Under the pieces are notes generated by a model. It had not been told where the DNA came from. It was given only the letters and a program-made list of their open reading frames with translations, and ran no database searches. The translations under genes were made by a program, and so were the position numbers. Shown piece by piece: positions 10,433-19,577 of a DNA stretch of 64,000 bases (the stretch's first letter is position 1; each line of letters opens with the position of its first letter). The stretch is taken from the IMG/VR virus record IMGVR_UViG_3300035520_000308. The stretch is one strand, 5' to 3'. The DNA is from an uncultured virus (IMG/VR IMGVR_UViG_3300035520_000308) (Duplodnaviria > Heunggongvirae > Uroviricota > Caudoviricetes).

Positions 10433-11165
10433 TCTCCACCAAATAACACATAATTGAGCAATCAGGGAAAATTTCGGTGTTCATATTTCCCCTGTTGGGT
10501 TCTAATTCATCAAGATAAATCAGCTTGCCGTTGCTGTCTTTCAGAATTGTGTAACCTAACAATCTTTCAAGTTTTGCTCTGCTCTCAAACACTTCGGGAA
10601 AATCAACTCTTATCCGATTCCAATAACCCATACCACCACGAATACAACCGACACAATTATTATTTGCGTAGCCCATCTCGTACATTTTCGGTCTTGCAAA
10701 ATCAAAATTCCTGTCGAATAATGCGTGAACATCGGCTTTTGTCAAATTTCGTTCAATTAACGGAAATTCGTGCTTTGCCTGTGGGTTATATTCAATCGTG
10801 CGTTCAGCCCTCGCTTTTTCCGTACAATCGAATCCCCATACATAGGTTAGTTCGCAATCCTTATGTTGTTCTTCCCATTCTTTTCTTACACGCTTCTTTA
10901 ACCAGTTTGTGCAAGGTGCAAAGCCACTAGGCATTTTAAAACCGCCGAATACTCTCACACAATCCTCAACACATCTGTATTCCCTAGACTGCACTATCTG
11001 TATTTCTTTTCCAATTGCTTTTTCACAATCCTTAATAAATCTAATACTGTCTTCGTGCTGGTCTGCTATGTCAATGTATATCCATTCATCAACATTCTCC
11101 GCCAAATATCCTGCCATAAAGCTAGATATTCCTGCCGATACCCAACATACTTTTAATTGTTTCAT
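10419..11165 (-). CDS. PAPS reductase-like / PP-loop adenine nucleotide alpha-hydrolase (possible DNA modification)
   Basis: VCWVSAGISS PP-loop variant, PCT..LKK, NNCVGC; start placed at MKQLKV. Confidence 0.7.
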   Translation of the reverse strand: MKQLKVCWVSAGISSFMAGYLAENVDEWIYIDIADQHEDSIRFIKDCEKAIGKEIQIVQSREYRCVEDCVRVFGGFKMPSGFAPCTNWLKKRVRKEWEEQHKDCELTYVWGFDCTEKARAERTIEYNPQAKHEFPLIERNLTKADVHALFDRNFDFARPKMYEMGYANNNCVGCIRGGMGYWNRIRVDFPEVFESRAKLERLLGYTILKDSNGKLIYLDELEPNRGNMNTEIFPDCSIMCYLVENERK

Positions 11166-11390
11166 ACCAACCACTAACACTAATCCGTGTCGTGGTTAAT
11201 CGAATAACCGGGCTGGACTATTTATTAAGGCTTGCAAGGCTGTGTTGCGCTCTTATGTCACAATCGGCAAACCGCCCACTCCATTAAATTTTACTGATAC
11301 ATTCACCATGCTAGTCTGTATCAAACCTAGTTTCACTAGGATTAGGTATTACTCCTTTCTCTGATTAAATATTTCATTTCCAATTACCTC

Positions 11391-12080
11391 TCAAAACGGC
11401 ACTTCGCTCAAATCAACTGTCAGCCCTCGCTCTGCGATATACACATTTGCGTTTCCTGCGACTTTTTTGACCTCTGCGAGTATTTCTTCCTTGTCTGCGT
11501 TAGATGTGCTTAAATGGCACACTATGACGTTTCTAAGGGCATTTGATACATTGTCTTTTACTATCCCTATCGTTGTCTGCAATTCCGCATGACCTCTAGC
11601 GACATGAGAAAAGTTCTTCTTGTCCCTGTCAACCATGCTCTTACAGTAATTGCACTCTACCAACAAGATGTTGATTTTCTGCTTAGCGAAACTCACAGGG
11701 ATATACTCAAAGTCAGTCGCATACACCATTCTCTGTCCGTCTGGACAAACTATGTAAAATCCGCAGCAAGCTACATTGTCGTGTGGGACTTCAAAGCTTT
11801 GCACCTTGAATCCTCCAAACTTCCTCACTTGACTTTTGTTAGCGTCCAGATAAGGTGTAAAACAGTCAATCCCCATTCTCTGAAACTCTGGTAGACTTCT
11901 TGCATGGTCTTGGTGTCCATGTGTGACTAATACAGCATTTACATTTGACACATTGTAATCTAAGCCTTTTTTTATCTCCTTAATTGGTATTCCGCAATCA
12001 AGGATTAGCGTTTCTGTTTCTGTGGAGAGCAGATAGCAATTTCCAGATGAGCCACTTGATAAAGTAGTTAATCTAAGCAT
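11391..12080 (-). CDS. Metallo-beta-lactamase fold nuclease
   Basis: SSGSSGNCY, LDCG, THGHQDH, HD, TD, ECNY, HLS. Confidence 0.9.
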   Translation of the reverse strand: MLRLTTLSSGSSGNCYLLSTETETLILDCGIPIKEIKKGLDYNVSNVNAVLVTHGHQDHARSLPEFQRMGIDCFTPYLDANKSQVRKFGGFKVQSFEVPHDNVACCGFYIVCPDGQRMVYATDFEYIPVSFAKQKINILLVECNYCKSMVDRDKKNFSHVARGHAELQTTIGIVKDNVSNALRNVIVCHLSTSNADKEEILAEVKKVAGNANVYIAERGLTVDLSEVPF

Positions 12081-12729
12081 TTTTAAACCTCACTTCCCCA
12101 TTGTTCAGCCATAGCCTTTGCAATTCCTTGAAATGTTTTTGCTCTGTTTTTCTGCCTATCCTTGCCCCACTATTAAACCAATTTCCTGCAATCTTTGTAC
12201 TTTGTCGTTTTTCAATCGGCAAAATGTCTGTCGGCTGCAATTCTTGTAATCCTTTCAACCATAAGCAAGTTTTCTTTTGAAATGGGTGTCCGTATTCATA
12301 AGGTTGTATAGTTTGCGTATATGTAGGCAATCCGTAAACCTTACTAGGAATAGGATTTTCTATTGCTATCCTCTCGCAATCAGCATTATAGAAATTCATA
12401 AAAAACTCTTTCGCTGCCATTCCAAGTTTGAGACGTTCTTCATTCAACACTCCCTTAGGATATAAAAATCTCGCTCCTGCATTTGAAAGATATGTGCAAG
12501 GTGGGTGTGCGATAATCAAATCCCACTTTCCGTTAATTTTATGTTCTACTCCGTCTACTGTCCGAAAACTGCAATTTCCATTCAGTAAAGGCAATACATC
12601 GGTCTGTATATGCCATTCTTCGTGTCCTCCGCTGCAAGGCTCAATGTCACAAGAATATGCCTCGTGTCCTAATTTCCGAAACTCTATGCACACTCTTTGA
12701 CTTTCCTCACAGGCTACTAATACTTTCAA
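12073..12729 (-). CDS. Phage cytosine methyltransferase-like protein, C-terminus frameshifted
   Basis: VLVACEES, AHPPCTYL, IENP, KKTCLWL; the family-like ending RAKTFQGIAKAMAEQWG is in the -1 frame after a G4 run at 12165-12168. Confidence 0.75.
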   Translation of the reverse strand: MKVLVACEESQRVCIEFRKLGHEAYSCDIEPCSGGHEEWHIQTDVLPLLNGNCSFRTVDGVEHKINGKWDLIIAHPPCTYLSNAGARFLYPKGVLNEERLKLGMAAKEFFMNFYNADCERIAIENPIPSKVYGLPTYTQTIQPYEYGHPFQKKTCLWLKGLQELQPTDILPIEKRQSTKIAGNWFNSGARIGRKTEQKHFKELQRLWLNNGEVRFKNA

Positions 12730-12743
12730 AATTCAATCACACC

Positions 12744-13142
12744 TCACTTTCCGAAAAATGTCTCCCTCATGTTTACAACATTTGCTTTCATAGCGTACTC
12801 AATATCAACTGGCGGTCTTTCTGACGGACAACATATAAAGTCTCTGCACACACGCGGACGCGATTCATATATCGTACACTTATGATTAGGCTTACTATCG
12901 TCCAGAAACGGACAACACATATCTATATATGGTTGTAACATTGCAAATTGCCCCATACCATGCTTGCACTCCTTGATATTGTGTACCTTGATGTATCTGC
13001 GGATTTCCTTTATCTCTTCTTCTGTAAGTGGGAGATATACGCTACAACATTGACCACATTCCGTACACTTCCCATTGTCCGTCAAATCGTAAGTCCCATT
13101 GTTAAAATCATTCAGCATTTCCGATATGCTTGCGGTTTTCAT
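12744..13142 (-). CDS. YkgJ family Cys-cluster protein
   Basis: CTECGQCC...CPFL...CTIYESRPRVCRDF. Confidence 0.85.
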   Translation of the reverse strand: MKTASISEMLNDFNNGTYDLTDNGKCTECGQCCSVYLPLTEEEIKEIRRYIKVHNIKECKHGMGQFAMLQPYIDMCCPFLDDSKPNHKCTIYESRPRVCRDFICCPSERPPVDIEYAMKANVVNMRETFFGK

Positions 13143-13145
13143 ACG

Positions 13146-13472
13146 CTACACCTCAATTTCATCATCAGCCGGAAACTGAAAAACCTTGCAAGGTTTGTAA
13201 TACCCCTCGTTGACAATAACAAAGTTACTATCATCAGGACTATAATTACCGCCGGGAACAAACACGCCCTTGTCGTAAACCTCATGCAACATTTCCAAAA
13301 CTTTCAAGATTTTTTCCTTACCGGAATATGTACCCATATTCAAAATTAAATCTTCATTGTTGTAGTTAGAAGCTATCACACTATATGGTGGCTCATTACG
13401 ATAAAAGTTAACGTTCAACATAACACGGTCATAATCCAAATCGTATGTTTTATTTTGGCTTATCAATCTCAT
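13146..13472 (-). CDS. Phage hypothetical protein (paralog of 13475-13798)
   Basis: RLISQ...FQFPADDEIEV. Confidence 0.6.
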   Translation of the reverse strand: MRLISQNKTYDLDYDRVMLNVNFYRNEPPYSVIASNYNNEDLILNMGTYSGKEKILKVLEMLHEVYDKGVFVPGGNYSPDDSNFVIVNEGYYKPCKVFQFPADDEIEV

Positions 13473-13474
13473 TC

Positions 13475-13798
13475 TTACACCTCAATTTCATCTTCCTGCG
13501 GAAACTGAAAGATTTTTGGAACATTCCATATATTAGGTTGCACATATCCTCCACCTTTCAGCAAATCTGCACCTCCATCAACTTTCATGTATTTCAGATA
13601 TTTCTCACGCAACATCTCCATAGCCTTGATTGCCTTTTCTCGTGTAGAATATTTAGCAATAGTGCTTTGAGCAAATACACCGGGTGGGTCTGCAATATTT
13701 CTTGACGCAACAATGTAGTTATCATTAGTAATACCAACTACAAAATTATCGTAAGGAATGTCAATTCTTCCATCTTGGCTTATCACACGCATAATCAA
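13475..13798 (-). CDS. Phage hypothetical protein (paralog of 13146-13472)
   Basis: RVISQ...FQFPQEDEIEV. Confidence 0.6.
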   Translation of the reverse strand: MIMRVISQDGRIDIPYDNFVVGITNDNYIVASRNIADPPGVFAQSTIAKYSTREKAIKAMEMLREKYLKYMKVDGGADLLKGGGYVQPNIWNVPKIFQFPQEDEIEV

Positions 13799-14499
13799 TC
13801 CTCCACATCTGCCACAACGAAATCTTCCTTGTTGGCGTTCTGCTCAATGGTACTCTGTACGGATTCCATCATGTCATCAGCAGAATATTCCTTGAAATCT
13901 CCGTCAATAATTTCATCAGAGGTATAAATTCCCATTGAAATTTCCGGGCAATTCATTCTTGAGAAGAATGACGCTGCACGATATCTCAACATTACTTCTG
14001 GCATGGTTTTCCATTTGCTACCATTCTTTGAAGTCCATCCCTCGGCATTTGCCATATCCATATCAATTACTGGTCCTTCTACTCTCCTACCGTCTTTCGT
14101 AGTCCAGCACTGGCATGAGAACGGCTTGTTTTTCTCATCACGCTTTAAGTCAAACTGCAATTCCATGTCATATTTTCGGCTTGCGTTAATAGTTCCAATA
14201 AGCCACTTCGCATTCCATCCCGGCTTTCCTTGTATAACGTCAAGATTCTGCATTACCAAGAATGGACTTGTTTTCATTCTGATAGAAATATCAATCGCAA
14301 TCATGCAGTTTGCTTCGTTCTTCTGATACTCTTTTGGAACAAGCGTAGACTGCGACAATGCTTTCGCCATCTGATAAGCCATTGTAAAATTATCAGATGT
14401 TCCAAAAATCCCAAGGCTAAAATCCGTAACCTTTTTTTCTACCGATTTTACTTCTTTCTTTTCTTCTGTTTTTGCTACCTCATTCTTTGTTTCGCTCAT
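13795..14499 (-). CDS. RecT/Redbeta-like single-strand annealing protein
   Basis: VPKEYQ..ANCMIAI, VMQNLDVIQGKP, W..MPEVMLRYRAASFFSR; between MBL nuclease and SMC-like ATPase. Confidence 0.7.
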   Translation of the reverse strand: MSETKNEVAKTEEKKEVKSVEKKVTDFSLGIFGTSDNFTMAYQMAKALSQSTLVPKEYQKNEANCMIAIDISIRMKTSPFLVMQNLDVIQGKPGWNAKWLIGTINASRKYDMELQFDLKRDEKNKPFSCQCWTTKDGRRVEGPVIDMDMANAEGWTSKNGSKWKTMPEVMLRYRAASFFSRMNCPEISMGIYTSDEIIDGDFKEYSADDMMESVQSTIEQNANKEDFVVADVED

Positions 14500-14751
14500 T
14501 TTCTATTCCTCGCTTTCACTTAAATCTTCGTCAATTCCATCTTTTTCCGCTTTTTCTTCTGAAATTTCTTCATACGAACCCGATGACGTTAATTGTTCAT
14601 CGTACCATTCGTCAAATGTCTCTGATACTTCATTCTCCGTGACATTGTCCGGAAATTTGAATATTTCATCAACATCTGTTCCAACATATCCAGCAGAATA
14701 ATGAAATCTGTAATATTTTGCCATAATACCTATTCCTCACTTTCTTTTTGT

Positions 14752-15225
14752 TTATTTTCCCATTTTTACATCTTCCAGACTAATCATTGACATACCGTCA
14801 TATACTTTCTCAGGATAGAAAATACCTATCCAAAAATTATCTGAATATACCTGATATTTTGCAAATTCTTCATTCCACTCTTGTACTTCTTGCAGATATT
14901 CTTTATTGGTAATCCCGAAATCATCACGAACATTTTCGCTTTGTGCTTTATAAACAAGCGCTTCATATCTTTGCTCGTTTTGTGCCCTTGTACCGTTAGC
15001 ACTTATTTGAGCAGAGATAATAAAACTTAGCATTGCAAGTGTTGTGATTAAAAATACAGCTGAAAAAAGTGCAGATATAGTGCAGATTATATCTTCATTG
15101 TGGCACACCCATTCTACAAATCGATTGTTGCTTTTGCACTTTCTACCTATAATCAATGTGGCTACAATAATCATTGATGTTATTATTGTCAAAATGCCAA
15201 ATAACCAAAATATCACTTTTCTCAT
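14752..15225 (-). CDS. Membrane protein
   Basis: Two hydrophobic segments. Confidence 0.55.
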   Translation of the reverse strand: MRKVIFWLFGILTIITSMIIVATLIIGRKCKSNNRFVEWVCHNEDIICTISALFSAVFLITTLAMLSFIISAQISANGTRAQNEQRYEALVYKAQSENVRDDFGITNKEYLQEVQEWNEEFAKYQVYSDNFWIGIFYPEKVYDGMSMISLEDVKMGK

Positions 15226-15446
15226 TCCTCGCTTTCAACATACAAACTTCCATCTGCATTTAGTCTAGGTGTGATACCACCTTTGTAATTATCATGGAAG
15301 ATTATATATTGCACTCCTGTCTCTTCATCAGTCCAAATTGATATATTACTGTTTTCCGTGGCAGACATATTTGTATATTCTGAACAACCAATAAGTCCAA
15401 AACACAAAGCAATCACAGACATGATAATAATAATTTTCTTTTTCAT
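15222..15446 (-). CDS. Small lipoprotein
   Basis: Signal peptide with LIGC lipobox; DEETGVQY...GITPRLNADG. Confidence 0.6.
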   Translation of the reverse strand: MKKKIIIIMSVIALCFGLIGCSEYTNMSATENSNISIWTDEETGVQYIIFHDNYKGGITPRLNADGSLYVESEE

Positions 15447-15668
15447 TCTCCCACCACCTTTACAAAAGACCTTTGTTCAAATCCGAAAGACTTATCATAA
15501 TTCCATCTCTTTCGTCATTTTTCAGATACCTCTCTTTGTCAATGAAACACAGCTTTGAATTGTTAATGTCTTTTTTATCCACAGCAATCCCGAAAATCAG
15601 TCCGTTGTTTTTCATATGTTCCTTTATAAAACCTAAGTGAAGTTTTAACATCTGTTTTGTTTCGTCCG

Positions 15669-15971
15669 TCATGCAATATCCCCTCTTTCTAAATAATGAT
15701 TTCTAATCCTCTCATACACGTTTTCAGCCGTCAGCCAACCTTGAACGTCATCACTATTTGTTAGCCCGCATATCTCAATCAAATCCTCTGCATGACCGTA
15801 ACTACCGATATGCTCAATCGCCGAGCAAACGCAATCGTCCCATGCCGGGTAATGGATAATATAACCTGCCATTTCACATCTGCACTCATAAGGTATTTTT
15901 GCCTCGTCAAGCATGGATTTCAGACGTAATATTTCTCTAAATCTTGGGTCAGGCGTATTAAAATCAATCAT
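15669..15971 (-). CDS. Phage hypothetical protein
   Basis: SYGH..DLIEI.GL...DVQGWLT motif. Confidence 0.55.
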   Translation of the reverse strand: MIDFNTPDPRFREILRLKSMLDEAKIPYECRCEMAGYIIHYPAWDDCVCSAIEHIGSYGHAEDLIEICGLTNSDDVQGWLTAENVYERIRNHYLERGDIA

Positions 15972-16328
15972 TTATTCACACTCCTCATCATCCTTTTCTT
16001 TCACGTCAAGAATTTCAATTATTTTCAATGCCTGCTCATAGGTCAGATTATTACTTTGTGTTGTTGCCCTCATCAGATTTAACGCTCTGATTATCGTTCC
16101 TCTTTTTTTAATTCTTTCTATGTTATCTTCCGTTGGCACTGATAAATAATTTCTCGTTCGCCACCTATTATAACCTATCATTTCCCAACCATATTTATCA
16201 AATTGCGAATCAGATTTATCAATTCTAATTCTTCCAGTCGGTGTAATTCTCGTGACAGTTACAATGCGTTCTGTCCTTTCGTGTAATATCAATTTATCCC
16301 CAACATTTACGTTTAATGGTTCTCTCAT
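15972..16328 (-). CDS. Phage hypothetical protein (SH3-like beta barrel)
   Basis: VGDK...VTRITPTGRI. Confidence 0.5.
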   Translation of the reverse strand: MREPLNVNVGDKLILHERTERIVTVTRITPTGRIRIDKSDSQFDKYGWEMIGYNRWRTRNYLSVPTEDNIERIKKRGTIIRALNLMRATTQSNNLTYEQALKIIEILDVKEKDDEECE

Positions 16329-16981
16329 TATTCCACCTCGCTAACTTCTTTTCCGTAGTCAAAATCTGTGTTTTTGATAAAGCAATCAATCTTTCCGTCC
16401 TTAATAACAACAAATTCAGCTTCAAACTCTTCACAATCTTTAAAACTTAATTTATCATTATCGTCTGTATCTTCGTTGTATTTAAAAAACATTCTCTCAA
16501 CACCATCATCAACGCTTGTATTCTTGAAAATGAAATATGGATATTTATTTTCGTCCAATTCTTCAATACTGTTTGCGATTTCCTCAAAGCGTTCAATAAT
16601 ATGTTCCTGCTCAAGTGGATAAGTTCCATCTTCAAATCTGTCGAATTTCGCATTGTCTTTTAAAAATTGCCGTATTCCATCAGCTACAATCTTTCTGTCT
16701 TTTGTAAAGAAAATCTGTTGATTACTCATTTCCCATACAATACGGTCTGACATAGATTCACAATTATTGATACATCTGTTCAAATCAATATTAAAGCTAC
16801 TATCAGAATGGCATAAATATATAAAACTTAACTTGAATCCATTTCTCGTTATTCTTTCCGTAAGATATTTTTCCGACAAAACGTCCCATGCAATAGGGCT
16901 AAAAAGCCAACTATTCTTAAAATCACATAAACATTCTCCGTAAAAATCCTTGTTCATAACCCATAAACTGCTACAACTCAT
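16328..16981 (-). CDS. Phage hypothetical protein
   Basis: 217-aa ORF abutting its neighbours. Confidence 0.55.
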   Translation of the reverse strand: MSCSSLWVMNKDFYGECLCDFKNSWLFSPIAWDVLSEKYLTERITRNGFKLSFIYLCHSDSSFNIDLNRCINNCESMSDRIVWEMSNQQIFFTKDRKIVADGIRQFLKDNAKFDRFEDGTYPLEQEHIIERFEEIANSIEELDENKYPYFIFKNTSVDDGVERMFFKYNEDTDDNDKLSFKDCEEFEAEFVVIKDGKIDCFIKNTDFDYGKEVSEVE

Positions 16982-18892
16982 TTATTCCACCTCACTCACT
17001 TTCAATTTTTTATCATCTGACCGCCTTATCATGATTATTTGATTTTCCATCTCCGGCACTCTCCAACTGTCAAGGCTTTCTGTATCGTCCGTAATAATCG
17101 GAAGTGTTACATTATTCGCCCTCTGAAATGCCCGACAAATATCTATCTCTGCTAAAATCTTTGCACCATGATTGAGATTTCTGTCGTAGCTTTCGCCCTG
17201 CACTACTGGTTGGCAAATGTCTTTCAATTCGCCATTTAACTGTGGCTCAAACATCTTAAACTGGATATACTCAAAATTACTATTCACGCTTTCTTCCAGT
17301 AATTCATTTTTCTTCCGGTCAAACTCTTTCAGATAATCCAGTGTTCGTTGTTCATCTGCAATCTTCTGTGACAGTTCCCTCTGTTCTTTCCGTAATTCTG
17401 CAATTCGTTCATCAATCGCCACATTGTTTTCAGATTTTGCAATCTGCTTTTCGATTTCAAGAATTTGTGACTGCAAGTCGGATTCTTCATTTTTCAAATT
17501 CTGTCTTATTTCGGAAAATGAATTGTTTTCAGACATAGCCTTTTCTTTTTCATCAATCTTCTTATTCAGTTCCACAATGTCCGCTCTATCCGAAATATCT
17601 ATTGATTGTGGAAGTGCTGCTAATTGATTTTCAAGGTCTGCAATTTGTGACTTCACATCTTCTTCTTTTCTGTGCATATCCAAAACAGACTGTTTCAGTT
17701 TTTCAACTCTGTCACACGCTGCGATGATATCGTTTTTCAATCGGTTTCCTATGTTAGTGATATCATCAAGAGTATGTTTTCTATTCTTTTCAAATTCATG
17801 CACAAGAGTTTCAATCTCATCTTCCGGCAACCTCTTACCACACATCTTGCAAAACTTGTCATTTTCATCAAAAGTCATATTGTTGGTTGATTTCCATGAA
17901 TCCCTTACCTTTTCCAGTTCTATCTTGTTACAATCAATCCGTTCCTGCTCTTTGCTGATTTCAAACTCAATAGACAAACCACGGTCAGAGTTGTTTGAGA
18001 GTGCACATTTGTAACTGGAAATAGTATTTTCAAGTTCCATGCGTTTTAAAACCAGTTCCTCATTCGCATGACGCACTAAATCGTTGGCTTGGAATTTCAG
18101 TTCCAGTATTCCGTCACTTTCTTTGTCGATTTCTTCAAGCTGTTTAGATAAATCGTCCTGCTTTTCCTGATTTATTTTCATCATTTCTTCTATGGCTTTT
18201 TTCCCTAATTCCAGTTCAGCAACATCAATATCAACTCTCTGCTTTTCGACTTCATCAATTCTTGCAGGAATTTCATCAAGCTGTTGTTCCAAACCTTTGT
18301 GGTTCTCATCTCCCTTAATTGCCACATTGCACCGTTTTTTCAGTTCTGCAATCGTGCCAACTTTCAACATTTCCCTAATCGGCTCAAACTCTGGATAAAG
18401 GTCAACAATTTCATCTGTAGTATGCTTTCCGAAAGTTTCTTCGAGTAATGACCTACGCTTGGAAGTATCCATTCTCAAGAAAGAATGCGGATTCACACAT
18501 AAGTCACTAGGAATTAACTCTGAAACATATTTCGCATATTCTCCGCTTTGTTTTGGAATATCAGCCACATAACAGTCCGTCACATTTCCAGTGATTTCAC
18601 CCTTTTTGTTGCGTTTCTGGTAGTATGACTTTTTGAGTGTCACGCCATTGCCAAGTGTCAACTCAACCTCTGTCACAACATCATCAATGTCATTTCCATC
18701 TTTATCATGTGGTCTAATGCCTGTGATTTCCTTGCCATTTTCATCCTTCAAATTCAAAATCCAGTAGATAGCACGCTTAATTGTGGATTTTCCAACTTCG
18801 TTGCAACCGCTGATTGAGGTTGTATCATATAAGTCTGTTTCAAATGATTTATGCTTACAGAAATTCTGTAAACGAATATGTATGAATTTCAT
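16982..18892 (-). CDS. SMC/SbcC-like AAA ATPase of recombination module
   Basis: LQNF, Walker A GCNEVGKST, long coiled coil with central CxxC hook, LNHG signature, ITDDTES Walker B-like. Confidence 0.85.
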   Translation of the reverse strand: MKFIHIRLQNFCKHKSFETDLYDTTSISGCNEVGKSTIKRAIYWILNLKDENGKEITGIRPHDKDGNDIDDVVTEVELTLGNGVTLKKSYYQKRNKKGEITGNVTDCYVADIPKQSGEYAKYVSELIPSDLCVNPHSFLRMDTSKRRSLLEETFGKHTTDEIVDLYPEFEPIREMLKVGTIAELKKRCNVAIKGDENHKGLEQQLDEIPARIDEVEKQRVDIDVAELELGKKAIEEMMKINQEKQDDLSKQLEEIDKESDGILELKFQANDLVRHANEELVLKRMELENTISSYKCALSNNSDRGLSIEFEISKEQERIDCNKIELEKVRDSWKSTNNMTFDENDKFCKMCGKRLPEDEIETLVHEFEKNRKHTLDDITNIGNRLKNDIIAACDRVEKLKQSVLDMHRKEEDVKSQIADLENQLAALPQSIDISDRADIVELNKKIDEKEKAMSENNSFSEIRQNLKNEESDLQSQILEIEKQIAKSENNVAIDERIAELRKEQRELSQKIADEQRTLDYLKEFDRKKNELLEESVNSNFEYIQFKMFEPQLNGELKDICQPVVQGESYDRNLNHGAKILAEIDICRAFQRANNVTLPIITDDTESLDSWRVPEMENQIIMIRRSDDKKLKVSEVE

Positions 18893-18894
18893 AA

Positions 18895-19539
18895 TTACAC
18901 CGCCTTTACTTCTGAAACATGGTATCTTCCATAACCGCTTGACCTACCGCTGCCAATTCCAAGTCCAAATCCTGCAAGATTAATAATGTTCATAATCTGT
19001 TCTGCACTATACACATTTTCCATATAAGAAACTGTAAATGTAGCACTCCAACCGCAAAACCTATTGAGATATACCAATACCGGACTTCCCTTTTTAGGGG
19101 ACATAAGTTTTTCATCTATAAAATGTTGTGTAAAAATAACAGGAACTAAGTCCTCAACAACATTCACACTTGCATCAATCTTTACCTTATACTTGTCAAT
19201 CTCATTTCTGACAACTGCATCACCAAATGACTTTTTAAGTCCGAATCCAGTAACGCAAGGTGCATTTTCCTTTAATGCCTGTTCCAATCCTTTTTCTGAA
19301 AAATCTGTAGGTTTCCCGTTCTTCCAGTGCATAGAAGTAATAATGCCCTCCCATACATTAGGTTTGGTTGTGTCCTTTGCTTTGTCCTTGCGTTTGTCAA
19401 TCAGTTCTTTTGCATTGATGTCATTCATCTTGTTAAGAACTAAATCTCCGTCACCTACGATTGTTACTTGCATATACTGTACTGCAAGCGGTTTTAATTC
19501 AATTACCTGTTCATTTTTTTGCTTTTTAGCTGTTCCCAT
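18895..19539 (-). CDS. RAMP/Cas7-like RNA-binding protein (putative guide-RNA effector, Vipr-like)
   Basis: First strand VTIVGDGDLV, helix GLKKSF, F.GW.ATF strand, C-terminal G-rich loop LAGFGLGIGSGRSSGYGRY typical of RAMPs; directly downstream of the pentamer array. Confidence 0.75.
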   Translation of the reverse strand: MGTAKKQKNEQVIELKPLAVQYMQVTIVGDGDLVLNKMNDINAKELIDKRKDKAKDTTKPNVWEGIITSMHWKNGKPTDFSEKGLEQALKENAPCVTGFGLKKSFGDAVVRNEIDKYKVKIDASVNVVEDLVPVIFTQHFIDEKLMSPKKGSPVLVYLNRFCGWSATFTVSYMENVYSAEQIMNIINLAGFGLGIGSGRSSGYGRYHVSEVKAV

Positions 19540-19577
19540 TTTAAAATCCTCCTTAAAATTTGATTTTTATTTCCACA

